Below, piece by piece: positions 18,534-28,993 of a stretch of 64,000 bases of DNA (position 1 is its first letter; every line of letters starts with the position of its first letter). Source of the stretch: an uncultured Candidatus Binatia bacterium (lineage in GTDB: Bacteria > Desulfobacterota > Binatia > UBA9968 > JAJDTQ01); the NCBI GenBank assembly GCA_965242525.1, contig OZ251459.1, positions 3,520,001 to 3,584,000 on the forward strand, in the 5' to 3' direction. A program made the translations under genes and the position numbers. Below the pieces are notes generated by a model that made no database searches, was not told the DNA's origin, and saw nothing but the letters and a program-made list of their open reading frames with translations.

Positions 18534-18818
18534 CTATTCCGCGGGGATCTCCACGATCACGTCGCCCAGCACCTTGGCGACGCATCCCAGACGGTCGGCT
18601 TCGTCGGCGTCGAGCATGGACAGGGTCAGCTCTTCGTTGTCGTCCATGGGACTCAGGTTGTTCCCGCCGGAGAGGATCGTCACCCGGTCCGTGCCGCAGA
18701 TGGCCTCGGTGCAGTCGTGGCGGAGCTCGACCCCGTTCCGCACCGCGGCCACCAGTATGGTGGTGCCGTCTTCCACCTCGAAACTCTGCCCCAGCGGCAT
18801 GAAAGTGACCCTTGGCAT
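18534..18818 (-). CDS. Beta-grasp [2Fe-2S] ferredoxin-like protein with Cys-to-Asp at third ligand
   Basis: GTTILVAA...HDCTEAICGTDRV...RLGC. Confidence 0.8.
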   Translation of the reverse strand: MPRVTFMPLGQSFEVEDGTTILVAAVRNGVELRHDCTEAICGTDRVTILSGGNNLSPMDDNEELTLSMLDADEADRLGCVAKVLGDVIVEIPAE

Positions 18819-18903
18819 GGCGCGTTTGTAAGAGACGCCCGGAGGGAAGTCAAGCCGCGGCCCGCCCTCCGCCCGGCCGCGGCGTTCCCCGGTTCGCAAT
18901 CCC

Positions 18904-19626
18904 TCACAGGTCCACCACCATCCCGTCCTCCGCGGTGGCTACGGGCAGGGAGCCGCGCCGGGCCAGCATCTCCTCTCCCATGTGGGTCAGGATCAACCGC
19001 TTGCATTCCAGGCGGTCCCGGTGCGCCGCGATCTGTGCGTAGCTCATGTGCGACGACGAAGGGGCGTCGTAGTGGCAACATTCGCAGATGAACAGGTCCG
19101 CGCCCCGGCTGTGGTCGATGAACCGGTCCGTCCAGCTCGAATCGCCGGAGAACAGCACGGTGCGGCCCGCCGCCGTCACCCGGAGCCCGAGAGAAACCGC
19201 GTCGGTCTGGTGCGGGACCCGGAAGGCCAGCACCTCGGCCCCCGCCACCGTGGCCGCGGCGTCCGGGCGCAGCACCGGAAAGGCCGCGAACGGCAGGTCC
19301 TTCTCTCCGTACATGAGCTTCATGAGGCCGCGCACGCGCTGCTCGGTCCCCGGGGGACCGGCTATGGGAAGGGGGCGGCTGCGGCGCCGTTCGTAGAGGA
19401 AATGGATGAAGAGGAAGGGCAGGCCGCCGAAATGGTCGCCGTGCAGGTGGCTCAGGAACACCGCGTCCAGGTCCGCGGGGTCCAGCCCGGCGCGCTTGAG
19501 GGCGGCCAGGGTGGATGAGCCGCAGTCGAGCAGGTACAGCCCCGTCCGGTCCTCCAGCAGGTACGCGGTCTGGTTCCTGCCGCCGCTGCCGAAGGCGTCT
19601 CCGGTGCCCAGGAAGTGGACTCTCAC
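18904..19626 (-). CDS. MBL-fold metallo-hydrolase (RNase Z/BN-like)
   Basis: FLGTGDAFGSGGR, SHLHGDH, SGDS, LTHM, AEDG; GTG start inferred. Confidence 0.88.
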   Translation of the reverse strand: MRVHFLGTGDAFGSGGRNQTAYLLEDRTGLYLLDCGSSTLAALKRAGLDPADLDAVFLSHLHGDHFGGLPFLFIHFLYERRRSRPLPIAGPPGTEQRVRGLMKLMYGEKDLPFAAFPVLRPDAAATVAGAEVLAFRVPHQTDAVSLGLRVTAAGRTVLFSGDSSWTDRFIDHSRGADLFICECCHYDAPSSSHMSYAQIAAHRDRLECKRLILTHMGEEMLARRGSLPVATAEDGMVVDL

Positions 19627-19737
19627 GGGGCCGAGACTAGCAGCACCCCCCGGACCTTGGCAACGCGCGCCCGGTCTGACAGATTCATGGGGCCGGACGG
19701 AACCCTGCAACGCCGGCACCGAACCCGCGGCTTTTCC

Positions 19738-22700
19738 ATGAAGATCGTCCTCGGACCCTACCACCCCCAACTGGAAGACGCGCTGGCGCAGGAGGTCCGC
19801 GCCCGGCGGGAGCGGGACCCGCTGGCGCCCCTGCTGCTGACGGTCCCTTCCGACGCCCTGCGCCGCCGGGTGAAGATCCTCCTGGCCCAGGAGCACGGCC
19901 TCCACCTGCTGCATTTCCACGTGCGCACCTTCTCCCAGCTCACCCGGACCCTGTTCCACGAGGTCCACGGTCCCGGGCCGCCGCCCCTGCGCGACGAGAC
20001 GTTCATGGAGGAAGCCCTGAGGCGCGCGGCGTCGGGCGGCGACCCGGCCCGGGGACGGTTCGCCCGCATGACGGAGAACGAAGGCGCGTGCGCCGCCCTG
20101 TGGCAAAGCCTGCGGGACCTGAAGGACGGCATGGTGGATCCCGACGTGGCGCTGGAGGCGTTGCACGAGGGCCATTTCGGGGCTAGGGACCGGGACGCGC
20201 TGGGGGACCTGTTTCGCCTGTACCGGGAGGCGCGGCGCCGTTTCCCCGAGTGGCGCGCCCACGACCGCCAGGACCTGGACGGGATGGTGTTGCCGCACGC
20301 GCCCGCCTCCCCCTACCTGGCGCAGTTCCGGCATGTTTACTACTACGGTTTCTACGACCTGACCCAGAGCCAGTTGGAGCTGTTCCGCACCGTGGCCGGC
20401 GCGCACCCGGTGACGCTCTTCTATCCCCTGGTCCTCGGCGACCCCGACTGGTCCTTTGCCCGGGACTTCTACGACCGCTACCTCCGGGGACTCGCCGGGG
20501 CGGACGAGGTGGTGGACCTGCTCGACCCCGGCGCGGGGCGCGGCGCCGGAATTGCGGGGGAGCCGGCGCCCGCGCAGTTGCTCGATCCCGGCGCGGGGGC
20601 CGGCCCCTCTCCCGATGGCCACACCCGGGAAACCGGTACCCAAGACGGCGCCCCCGGCGCGGGGCCCGGCTCCTCCCCCGACGGCCACACCGCGGACCCG
20701 GGCCGCGGCTTGCCGCGGCCCGCCCGGCGCGAGACCTTCAGTTGCGCAGGACCGCGGGACGAGGTCCTCACCGCGGCCAAGAAAGTGCTCGCGCTGGTGG
20801 AGGAGGAAGGCTTCGACTTCGGGCAGGTGGGCGTGGCGGCCCGCACCCTCGACCCCTACCTCTCCTGGGTGCAGGAGACCTTCCCGAAGCACGGCATCCC
20901 GTTCGACGCGCCGGCGCAGACGCCCCTGTCCCGGTTCAGCCGCGTCCGGGCCCTGTTGGCGCTCCTGGACCTGCCCGGGCAGGACTATCCGCGGGCCGGC
21001 GTCATCGACTTGGTGTCCTCCCACGACTTCCGGTTCCGGGTCGTCCCCGGCCCGGCCGTGGCCCCCCGGCCGGACCTCTGGGACGCGGCCACCCGGTACC
21101 TGCGCATCACCCGCGGCATGGACGAATGGCGCCGGCTGGAGCGCTACCTGGACCGCGGTCTCACCCTGCCCCTGAGGGACGAAGAGGAGGGCCGCCGGCT
21201 GCAGGTCGCGCCGGCCCAACTGGCCATGCTGTGGAACACCGTCCGCGCCCTGCACGAGCATCTGGGCGCGCTGCCCGAAGAAGGCCCCTGGTCGGAGTTC
21301 GGCGAGCGCTGGCGCACGGTCATGGACCGATTCCTCAACCGGGCCGGGGACGAGACCGCGGCCGGGGCGGAGGCCGTGGAAGAGGCACTGGGCGAGGCAT
21401 TCGCCGGGCTGGACGCCCTGGAGGCCATCGCCCCGGTGGTGTCCGCGGCGGAGTTCGCCGCGTTCCTGCGCCAGCGCCTGATGCGGGCGTCGGTGCGGCC
21501 GGCGCAGGCGCACGTGCAGGGCGTGCAGGTCATGGACGCCGGGTCTGCGCGCGGCGTCCCCTTCCGGGCGCTCTTCCTCCTGGGCATGAACGAGGGCGTC
21601 TTCCCCCGCGCCATCCGCGAGGACCCGTTCCTGCGGGACCGGGACCGGCGCGTGCTGGAAACGGTGCTGGGCTGCAAGGTCTCCTCCAAGCTGGCGGGGT
21701 ACGACGAGGAGAAGCTGCTGTTCGCGTTGCTGGCCAACGCCGCGTCCGACCGCCTCTATTGCCTCTACTCGCGCTCGGACGCGGCCGGCCGCGAACTGGC
21801 CCCGTCCTGGTATCTCCCCGCCTCCGACAGCCCCGCCGGGGTCCGGCGCATCCCCAAGGGCGTCCTCGGCAAGCGGGACGCGCCGCCCTTCGACGACCTC
21901 CGCTGGCTCCTGCCGGAGGAACTGGCGGTGCGGCGGGCCCTGTGCGGGGAAGACCCCGGGCCGCTGGTGCGCCTGTGCGGCTGGTCCACCGAGGGCTACG
22001 AAAGGAGCGCCGCGGCCATCCGTAAGCTGGAGGACGGGGCCGGCGCCGCACGTTCATACGACGGCGTCACCGGCCCCCACCCGGAGGCGTGGAAAGAGCT
22101 ATGGGAGCGCGGGCTGTCTCCCACCACACTGGAGACTTACGGACGCTGTCCGTTCCGGTACTTCGCGCGCCGCATGCTCGGCCTGGAACGGCTGGACCGG
22201 CCGGAGGACGAGGAGCCGCTGGACGCCCTGGAACAGGGTCAACTCTGCCACGAGATCCTGCAGGCGTTCCACGAAGGCTTCGACCCCGCGGACCCGGAGG
22301 GCTGGAGCGCACGGCTCGACCGGGCCGCGGCCGAGGCCCTGTCCGAGTACGAAGGGCGCTGTCCCACCGGCTATCCCGCGGCCTGGGAGGTGGCCAGGGA
22401 GCAGGTCACGGAGCTGCTCAGGGAGGTGGTCCGGGCGGACCTGGACGAGATGGCGGGGTCGGGCTTCCGCCCCGCGGAGGCCGAAACCGACATGGAGACG
22501 CGGCTCGGCCCGGAGTGGCCCGAGGACCTGCGCGGCCTGCCGGTCCACGGACGCCTGGACCGGCTCGACTACCACCGGCGGGACAACCGCTACCGCGTCA
22601 TCGACTACAAGCACAAGAGCAGCGCGAGGCCCGGCCCGGAGGACAACGACCCGGTGCTCTCGGCCATACGCGGACAGAAGCTGCAACTGCCCCTCTACGC

Positions 22701-23046
22701 GCTGCTGGCCGCGGCCCACGCCAGCGAGCGGGGGCCGGCGCCGGCCGCGGCCGTCGAAGCGGCCTGGTACTTCATCGCCCGGCGCTGGGAGGACGGCCCC
22801 CTGTCCCCCCGCGAATTCGCCGCGGAGACGTGGCGGCAGCCGGAGGGCCAGCGCATCCGGGACACGGTGGCGCAGTTGCTGGGGGGCATCCGCGCCGGGG
22901 AGTTCTTCATCATGCCCGGCCCCTATTGCCGCTACTGCGAGGTGTCGGAGGTCTGCCGGAAGGGCCATTCCCCCTCCGCCATGCGGGCCAAACGGCATCC
23001 GGCCGCAGAAGCGTTGGCGCAAACCCGCAAGCAGAAGAAGGCCTGA
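19738..23046 (+). CDS. addB: AddB-like helicase-nuclease subunit (C-terminal PD-(D/E)XK, Fe-S staple)
   Basis: YGFYDLT, GMNEGVFP, LSPTTLETYGRCPFRYF, GRLDRLD, IDYK, CRYCEVSEVC. Confidence 0.85.
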   Translation: MKIVLGPYHPQLEDALAQEVRARRERDPLAPLLLTVPSDALRRRVKILLAQEHGLHLLHFHVRTFSQLTRTLFHEVHGPGPPPLRDETFMEEALRRAASGGDPARGRFARMTENEGACAALWQSLRDLKDGMVDPDVALEALHEGHFGARDRDALGDLFRLYREARRRFPEWRAHDRQDLDGMVLPHAPASPYLAQFRHVYYYGFYDLTQSQLELFRTVAGAHPVTLFYPLVLGDPDWSFARDFYDRYLRGLAGADEVVDLLDPGAGRGAGIAGEPAPAQLLDPGAGAGPSPDGHTRETGTQDGAPGAGPGSSPDGHTADPGRGLPRPARRETFSCAGPRDEVLTAAKKVLALVEEEGFDFGQVGVAARTLDPYLSWVQETFPKHGIPFDAPAQTPLSRFSRVRALLALLDLPGQDYPRAGVIDLVSSHDFRFRVVPGPAVAPRPDLWDAATRYLRITRGMDEWRRLERYLDRGLTLPLRDEEEGRRLQVAPAQLAMLWNTVRALHEHLGALPEEGPWSEFGERWRTVMDRFLNRAGDETAAGAEAVEEALGEAFAGLDALEAIAPVVSAAEFAAFLRQRLMRASVRPAQAHVQGVQVMDAGSARGVPFRALFLLGMNEGVFPRAIREDPFLRDRDRRVLETVLGCKVSSKLAGYDEEKLLFALLANAASDRLYCLYSRSDAAGRELAPSWYLPASDSPAGVRRIPKGVLGKRDAPPFDDLRWLLPEELAVRRALCGEDPGPLVRLCGWSTEGYERSAAAIRKLEDGAGAARSYDGVTGPHPEAWKELWERGLSPTTLETYGRCPFRYFARRMLGLERLDRPEDEEPLDALEQGQLCHEILQAFHEGFDPADPEGWSARLDRAAAEALSEYEGRCPTGYPAAWEVAREQVTELLREVVRADLDEMAGSGFRPAEAETDMETRLGPEWPEDLRGLPVHGRLDRLDYHRRDNRYRVIDYKHKSSARPGPEDNDPVLSAIRGQKLQLPLYALLAAAHASERGPAPAAAVEAAWYFIARRWEDGPLSPREFAAETWRQPEGQRIRDTVAQLLGGIRAGEFFIMPGPYCRYCEVSEVCRKGHSPSAMRAKRHPAAEALAQTRKQKKA

Positions 23047-23049
23047 CCC

Positions 23050-26000
23050 ATGACGGTTCCCCCGCCCGCAGACGAGCCGGAACGCTTGCGAGCCGTCACC
23101 ACGTTCGACCGCAACGTGGTGGTGACCGCGGGCGCGGGCACCGGCAAGACCACGCTGCTGGTGGAGCGGTGCGTGAACCTGCTCATGCGCGAGCCGGCGC
23201 CCGTGCCCATGAACGAGCTGGCGGCCCTCACCTTCACCAACAAGGCGGCCAACGAGATGAAGGCGCGCCTGCGGGCGCATCTGGAAGCCCTGGCCGGGTC
23301 CGGTCCCCACCGGCCCCGGTCCCCGGACGACGCCAGACAGGGAGAGACGGAAGTCCTGTGCGAACGCTACGGCCTCACCACCGACGAGGTCCGCCGCCGC
23401 GCCCGGGAAGCGTTGCAGCGCATGGAGCAGAGCCACATCGGCACCCTCCACAGTTTCGCCGCCTCCATGCTGCGGCTCCATCCACTGGAGGCGGGGTTGG
23501 AGCCGAACTTCCGGGATGGCGACAACCGCCTCCTGGACAGGCGCTTCGACGCCTGCTGGACCCGCTGGCTCGACGACGAGCTGTCCGGGACCGGACCGCG
23601 AACCGGGGAATGGAAAGACATCCTGGGCCGCCATCCGCTGGCCCGGCTGCGGGAGCTGGCGCGGGCCCTCTGCGACGAGAACGTGGACCTGGAGGCGGTC
23701 CGCGGCGGCGCTTCCGATGGCGCAGGCGGCCCCCTCCGCGACTGGCTGCGGCGGATGGACGAAACCGCGGCCGACCTCCTCGCGCGCCATCCCGAGCAAC
23801 GGAAGATCGAGCAGGCGGTGGCCGCGGCGCAGAGGGTGGTACGGACGGCCGCGGACCCTGGGAAGGAACCGCTGGACGACGAAGGGACGACGCTCTTGGG
23901 CAGCCTCCCGAAACCGCCCAAGGGCTGGTCCCGGGAGGATTTCGAGCTCGCGAGCAGCCTGTGGACGGCCGCGCGGCCATTGGCTCGGATCGACGACGCA
24001 GAGGTAGGCCGGCTATGCGCGCTGCTGGCGCCGTTCGCCCAGGGGTGCCGCGAGGAGTTCTCCCGCAGCGGCCTGGCGACGTTCGACGGTCTGCTGGTGC
24101 GGGCCAGGGACCTCCTGCGCGGCCACCCGCGCATCCGGGAGGACCTGAAGGAGCGTTTCAAGGCCATACTGGTGGACGAGTTCCAGGATACCGACCCGCT
24201 CCAGTACGAGATCCTCCTGTGGCTGTGCGAGGAGCCTTCCGGGCGCGCCGAAGAATGGCGCCACGTGCGCCTCGCCCCGGGCAAGCTGTTCGTGGTCGGG
24301 GACCCCAAGCAGTCCATCTACGGCTTCCGGGGGGCGGACATGGAGGCGTACCTCCACGTGGTCAAGGAGATGATCGAAGCCCAGCAGGGCGTGGAATGCC
24401 GGCTGACCGTGAACTTCCGCAGCGACCCCCGGATCCTGGACGTGGTGAACGGCGTATTCGAGAAGATCATGGAGGAACGGCCCGATCTCCAGCCCGGGCA
24501 CATCCCGCTCCAACCGGGCCTCGGCAGCGCCGACGAGGAAGCCGCGGCGCCGGTGCGGGTGCGCCGGGTAACGGCCCCGGGCCGGACCCCGGACGCGGAG
24601 GAGGCCCGTCGGCTGGAGGCGCGTTCGCTGGCCCGCTGGGTGCACGAGGAAGTGGCGGGAGGCCGGACCTTCTTCCGTGACCGGGACGGCAAGCGGGTGC
24701 AGGCGCAGCCGGGCCACGTGGCCTATCTCATGCGCGCCTTGACCGACGTGCAGACCTACCTGGAACCCCTGCGCCGGCGCGGCATTGGCTACGTGGTGGA
24801 AGGCGAGCGGGACTTCTACGCCGCCCAGGAGGTGGTGGACGCCGTCAACCTGCTGCGGACCCTGGCCGACCCCTACGACCGGGTGGCCCTGGTGGGTGTG
24901 CTCCGCTCGCCCCTGGGCGGGCATGACGACGTGGAGATCCTGGCCCTGGGCCGGCAAAGCCTGCTCGACTACCGCCTGGCCGAGGGGGCTCGACGGGGGG
25001 AACTGCCCCCGGCCGCGGTGGACCTCTACCAACGTCTCCTCCGGCTCCACCGGGAGGTCCGTTTCCTGGAAGCCGGCAGCGCGGTGGACCGAGTGTTTGA
25101 GGAACTGCCGCTGTCGGTGCTGGCGGCGAGCGCGGGTTCGGGGCCGCAGGCCGTGGCCAACCTGGAGAAGGTCCGCCTGGTGGCCCGGGAGGCAGGCGCG
25201 GACGGCGCCGGGACGCTCAAGGACGTGGCCGCGGAGTTCGAGCGCCGGGTACGGAAAAGCGAAGACGAGGCCGAGAGCGCCCTGGAGGAGGAGACCCCGG
25301 ACGCGGTGAGGGTGATGAGCATCCACAAGGCCAAGGGCCTGGAGTTTCCGGTGGTGGTGCTGGTGGACGCCCTGAACGAAGGGAACAGGGGAGGGGAACC
25401 GCAAGTGAAGGTGTGGCAGGACTGGTCCACCGGTCTGGCGGGCCTGCGCCTGGACGACCTGTGGAGCCTGCCCGGAGCCTTCCTCCGGGCGAAACAGCGC
25501 GAGCGGGAGGAATACGAACGGCGCCGCCTGCTCTACGTGGCCATGACGCGGCCCTGCCAACAACTGGTGGTGTCCTTCGGCGACCGGAACCGGGCGGGCG
25601 GGGACAGCCTGCTTTCGATGCTGAAGGAGGCCGCGGGAGCCGACCTGACCGATGGGGCCTCGCACACGGCGGCCTGCGGCGCCGGAGAGATCGAAGTGGA
25701 GGTGGTGGAAGAAGATCTGGACAACCTGGAACCCGGGGAACCGGGGGAACCTAGCGCCCCGCCCGCAGAGGCGACCCCCGACGCCGCAGACTGGTCCGGC
25801 TACGAGGACTTGTGGCGCGGCCGCCGGGAGCGTTGCGAAGCCCGCGGCCGAGCGCCGCTCTTCCTGAGCCCCACCGGTCTCAAGGAAGCCGGCGAGTCGG
25901 CGCCGGCGGAGCGTCCACACGGCTTGCAGCGCCCCCGGGGCTTGCAGCGCGATACTGCGCTGGAGCTGGGAAAGGCTGCCCACCGGATACTGGAGCACTG

Positions 26001-26517
26001 GGACTTCCAGACCCCCCGACCCGCGGAGGACCTCGAAGAAGCCATCGCCTGGCACGCCTCCGGGTTGCCGCGGCAGCAGCAAGCGGCGGTGGTCGAGGAG
26101 TTGAAGGCCATGTGGGCCGGCCTGATGGACTCTCCCATATACGAGGAGTTGCGCACCGCCCGCATCCTGGGCCGCGAGATGCCTTTCGTCCTTCCCTGGG
26201 AGGGGGGCAAGATCATGGAGGGCGTCATCGACGTGGTGTATGAGTGCGGGGACCGGCTCTACGTGGCCGACTACAAGACGGACCGCGTGGACGACGAGGA
26301 CACCGCCCGGGTCATCGAGGAGTACGGCCAGCAGGCGCGGATCTACACCGAGGCCGTGAGACGCAGCCTGGACCGGGAGGTGGCCGGGTTCCGGCTGCTG
26401 CTCCTGCGGCTGGGCCGCGGGGTGACCGTCCCCGTTGGCGCCCGCGGCGGGGACTTGCTCGGGGAGGCCCGGATCGGGGAAGATAGGGAGGGGTTGCCGT
26501 CACGAGGCGAGACCTGA
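23050..26517 (+). CDS. addA: AddA-like UvrD helicase with C-terminal nuclease
   Basis: AGAGTGKT, TFTNKAA, VDEFQDT, GDPKQSIYGFR, SIHKAKGLEF, YVAMTR, GVID..DYKT. Confidence 0.9.
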   Translation: MTVPPPADEPERLRAVTTFDRNVVVTAGAGTGKTTLLVERCVNLLMREPAPVPMNELAALTFTNKAANEMKARLRAHLEALAGSGPHRPRSPDDARQGETEVLCERYGLTTDEVRRRAREALQRMEQSHIGTLHSFAASMLRLHPLEAGLEPNFRDGDNRLLDRRFDACWTRWLDDELSGTGPRTGEWKDILGRHPLARLRELARALCDENVDLEAVRGGASDGAGGPLRDWLRRMDETAADLLARHPEQRKIEQAVAAAQRVVRTAADPGKEPLDDEGTTLLGSLPKPPKGWSREDFELASSLWTAARPLARIDDAEVGRLCALLAPFAQGCREEFSRSGLATFDGLLVRARDLLRGHPRIREDLKERFKAILVDEFQDTDPLQYEILLWLCEEPSGRAEEWRHVRLAPGKLFVVGDPKQSIYGFRGADMEAYLHVVKEMIEAQQGVECRLTVNFRSDPRILDVVNGVFEKIMEERPDLQPGHIPLQPGLGSADEEAAAPVRVRRVTAPGRTPDAEEARRLEARSLARWVHEEVAGGRTFFRDRDGKRVQAQPGHVAYLMRALTDVQTYLEPLRRRGIGYVVEGERDFYAAQEVVDAVNLLRTLADPYDRVALVGVLRSPLGGHDDVEILALGRQSLLDYRLAEGARRGELPPAAVDLYQRLLRLHREVRFLEAGSAVDRVFEELPLSVLAASAGSGPQAVANLEKVRLVAREAGADGAGTLKDVAAEFERRVRKSEDEAESALEEETPDAVRVMSIHKAKGLEFPVVVLVDALNEGNRGGEPQVKVWQDWSTGLAGLRLDDLWSLPGAFLRAKQREREEYERRRLLYVAMTRPCQQLVVSFGDRNRAGGDSLLSMLKEAAGADLTDGASHTAACGAGEIEVEVVEEDLDNLEPGEPGEPSAPPAEATPDAADWSGYEDLWRGRRERCEARGRAPLFLSPTGLKEAGESAPAERPHGLQRPRGLQRDTALELGKAAHRILEHWDFQTPRPAEDLEEAIAWHASGLPRQQQAAVVEELKAMWAGLMDSPIYEELRTARILGREMPFVLPWEGGKIMEGVIDVVYECGDRLYVADYKTDRVDDEDTARVIEEYGQQARIYTEAVRRSLDREVAGFRLLLLRLGRGVTVPVGARGGDLLGEARIGEDREGLPSRGET

Positions 26518-26520
26518 CAC

Positions 26521-28962
26521 ATGGCCCTGAAGAAGTCCCAGATCTATTCCTCCCTGTGGCAAAGCTGCGACGAGTTGCGCGGCGGCATGGACGCCTCGCA
26601 GTACAAGGACTACGTCCTGACGCTGCTGTTCATGAAGTACGTCTCGGACCGGTACGCCGGGAGGGCCGACGCCCTCATCCGGGTGCCTGCGGGCGGCGGC
26701 TTCGCCGACATGGCGGCGTCGAAGGGCGGCAAGGAGGTCGGCGACCGGATCAACAAGATCATCGGCCGGCTTGCCGAGGCCAACGACCTGAAGGGAGTCA
26801 TCGACCAGGCCGACTTCAACGACGAGAGCAAGCTCGGCGCGGGCAAGGAGATGCAGGACCGGCTGTCCCGGCTGGTGGCCATCTTCGAGGGGTTGGACTT
26901 CCGCGCCAACCGGGCCGGGGGCGACGACCTGCTGGGCGACGCCTACGAGTACCTGATGCGCCACTTCGCCACCGAGTCGGGCAAGAGCAAGGGGCAGTTC
27001 TACACGCCCGCGGAGGTCTCGCGCGTCATGGCGAAGGTGATCGGCATGGGCCCGGACACCCGCCAGGACCAGACCATCTACGACCCCACCTGCGGTTCCG
27101 GCTCGCTGCTGCTCAAGGCTGCGGACGAAGCGCCCCGCGGCATCAGCATCTACGGCCAGGAGATGGACAACGCCACCTGGGCGCTGGCGCGCATGAACAT
27201 GATTCTGCACGGCTGCCCGACCGCGGAGTTGTGGCGCGACAACACGCTGGCCGCCCCGTATTTCAAGAACCCGGGCGGCGGCCTCAAGACCTTCGACTTC
27301 GCGGTGGCCAACCCGCCCTTTTCCGCCAAGGCGTGGTCCAACGGCCTCGACCCGGCCCACGACGAGTTCGGGCGTTTCGAGTACGGCGTCCCCCCGGTGA
27401 AGAACGGCGACTACGCCTTCCTGCTGCACCTGGTCAAGTCGCTCAAGAGCAAGGGCAAGGGCGCCATCATCCTGCCCCACGGCGTGCTGTTCCGCGGCAA
27501 CCGGGAGGCCGGGATCCGCAAGGAACTCGTCCGGCGGGGGTTCGTCAAGGGGGTCATCGGCCTGCCCGCCAACCTGTTCTACGGCACCGGCATCCCGGCC
27601 TGCATCCTGGTCATCGACAAGGAGCACGCCCACGCCCGCAAGGGCGTCTTCATGATCGACGCGAGCCGGGGTTTCCTCAAGGACGGCAACAAGAACCGGC
27701 TGCGCGAGCAGGACATCCACCGCATGGTGGACGTGTTCGACCGGCAGGTCGAGTCCCCGGGCTACTCGCGCATGGTTCCCGCGGCAGAGATCGCCGACCC
27801 TGCCAACGACTACAACCTGAACATCCCGCGCTACGTCGATTCCGGCCAGCCGGAAGACCTGCACGACCTGGACGCGCACCTGAAGGGCGGCATCCCCGAA
27901 CGGGACCTGGACGCCCTGGACGGCTACTGGACCGCCTTCCCCTCGCTGCGCCAAGCCCTGTTCGAGGGCAACGGCCGGCCCGGCTACAGCGAGCCCCGCG
28001 TCGAGACCCGGCAGGTCAAGGCCGCCATCCTCGGCCATCCCGATTTCGCGTCCTACGCCGAGCGCGTCGCCTCGGTGTTCGACGCTTGGCGCAAGGCCCA
28101 CAGGCCGCGCCTTCGAGGGATCGAGGCCGGCGCGCTTCCCGGGAAGGTCATCGACGCCCTGTCGGAAGACCTGCTCAAGCGCTTTGCCGGCCTGCCCCTG
28201 CTGGACCCCTACGACGTGTACCAACGGCTGATGGACTACTGGACCGACGCCATGCAGGACGACGTCTATCTCATCGCCGCGTCCGGCTGGGTCGAGGCCG
28301 CCAAGCCCCAAGACCTCCTCGACCACCGGGGAAAGAGGCTCCGGGAAACGCCGGACCTGACCATCGGGCGCAGGAAGTACAAGATGGACTTGGTCCCCCC
28401 GGCGCTGGTGGCCGCCCGCTACTTCGCCGGCGAACAGGCCGCCATCGAGGCGCTGCAGGACAGACAGGAGGCCGCGGCCCGTAATCTGGAGGAGCTCGTC
28501 GAGGAGCACACCGGCGAAGGCGGGCTGCTGGAAGACGCCGCCAACGACAAGGGCAAGGTGACCCGGAGCGCGGTGAAGGACCGGCTCAAGGCCATCGCGG
28601 ACGAGCCGGAAAGCGGCGAGGAACGGGACGCCCTGACGCGCTGCCTGACCCTGATGGACGCCGAAGCGGAGACGAGCAAGGCTGCGAAGGACGCCCGGAC
28701 CGCGTTGGACGAGCAGGCGCTGGCCCGCTACGCCACCCTCACCGAGGCCGAGGTCAAGACGCTGGCGGTCGAGGACAAGTGGTTCGCCAGCATCCGGGAC
28801 GCGGTGGAGGGCGAAGTGCAGCGGCTGACCCAGGGCCTGGCCGGGCGGGTGAAGGAACTGGAGGAGCGCTACGCCAAACCGCTGCCGGAGTTGGAGCGGG
28901 AGGTGAAGACGCTCGGCAAGAAGGTCGAGGGACACTTGAAGCGGATGGGGTTGTCGTTGTGA
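26521..28962 (+). CDS. hsdM: Type I restriction-modification methyltransferase
   Basis: CDELRGGMDASQYKDY, GQFYTP, DPTCGSGSLL, ANPPF, HGVLFRG. Confidence 0.97.
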   Translation: MALKKSQIYSSLWQSCDELRGGMDASQYKDYVLTLLFMKYVSDRYAGRADALIRVPAGGGFADMAASKGGKEVGDRINKIIGRLAEANDLKGVIDQADFNDESKLGAGKEMQDRLSRLVAIFEGLDFRANRAGGDDLLGDAYEYLMRHFATESGKSKGQFYTPAEVSRVMAKVIGMGPDTRQDQTIYDPTCGSGSLLLKAADEAPRGISIYGQEMDNATWALARMNMILHGCPTAELWRDNTLAAPYFKNPGGGLKTFDFAVANPPFSAKAWSNGLDPAHDEFGRFEYGVPPVKNGDYAFLLHLVKSLKSKGKGAIILPHGVLFRGNREAGIRKELVRRGFVKGVIGLPANLFYGTGIPACILVIDKEHAHARKGVFMIDASRGFLKDGNKNRLREQDIHRMVDVFDRQVESPGYSRMVPAAEIADPANDYNLNIPRYVDSGQPEDLHDLDAHLKGGIPERDLDALDGYWTAFPSLRQALFEGNGRPGYSEPRVETRQVKAAILGHPDFASYAERVASVFDAWRKAHRPRLRGIEAGALPGKVIDALSEDLLKRFAGLPLLDPYDVYQRLMDYWTDAMQDDVYLIAASGWVEAAKPQDLLDHRGKRLRETPDLTIGRRKYKMDLVPPALVAARYFAGEQAAIEALQDRQEAAARNLEELVEEHTGEGGLLEDAANDKGKVTRSAVKDRLKAIADEPESGEERDALTRCLTLMDAEAETSKAAKDARTALDEQALARYATLTEAEVKTLAVEDKWFASIRDAVEGEVQRLTQGLAGRVKELEERYAKPLPELEREVKTLGKKVEGHLKRMGLSL

Positions 28963-28993
28963 GCCGGGAACTCGATTTCGAGCGGCTTGTCGA
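28894..28993 (+). repeat. Direct repeat A copy 1 (hsdM 3' end plus yhcG start)
   Basis: 100 bp colinear with 30148-30247, 15 mismatches by manual alignment. Confidence 0.85.

Noticed and set aside
19738-23046. Cas4-like C-terminal Cys cluster
   Set aside because: It is the AddB nuclease Fe-S staple within a large protein paired with AddA
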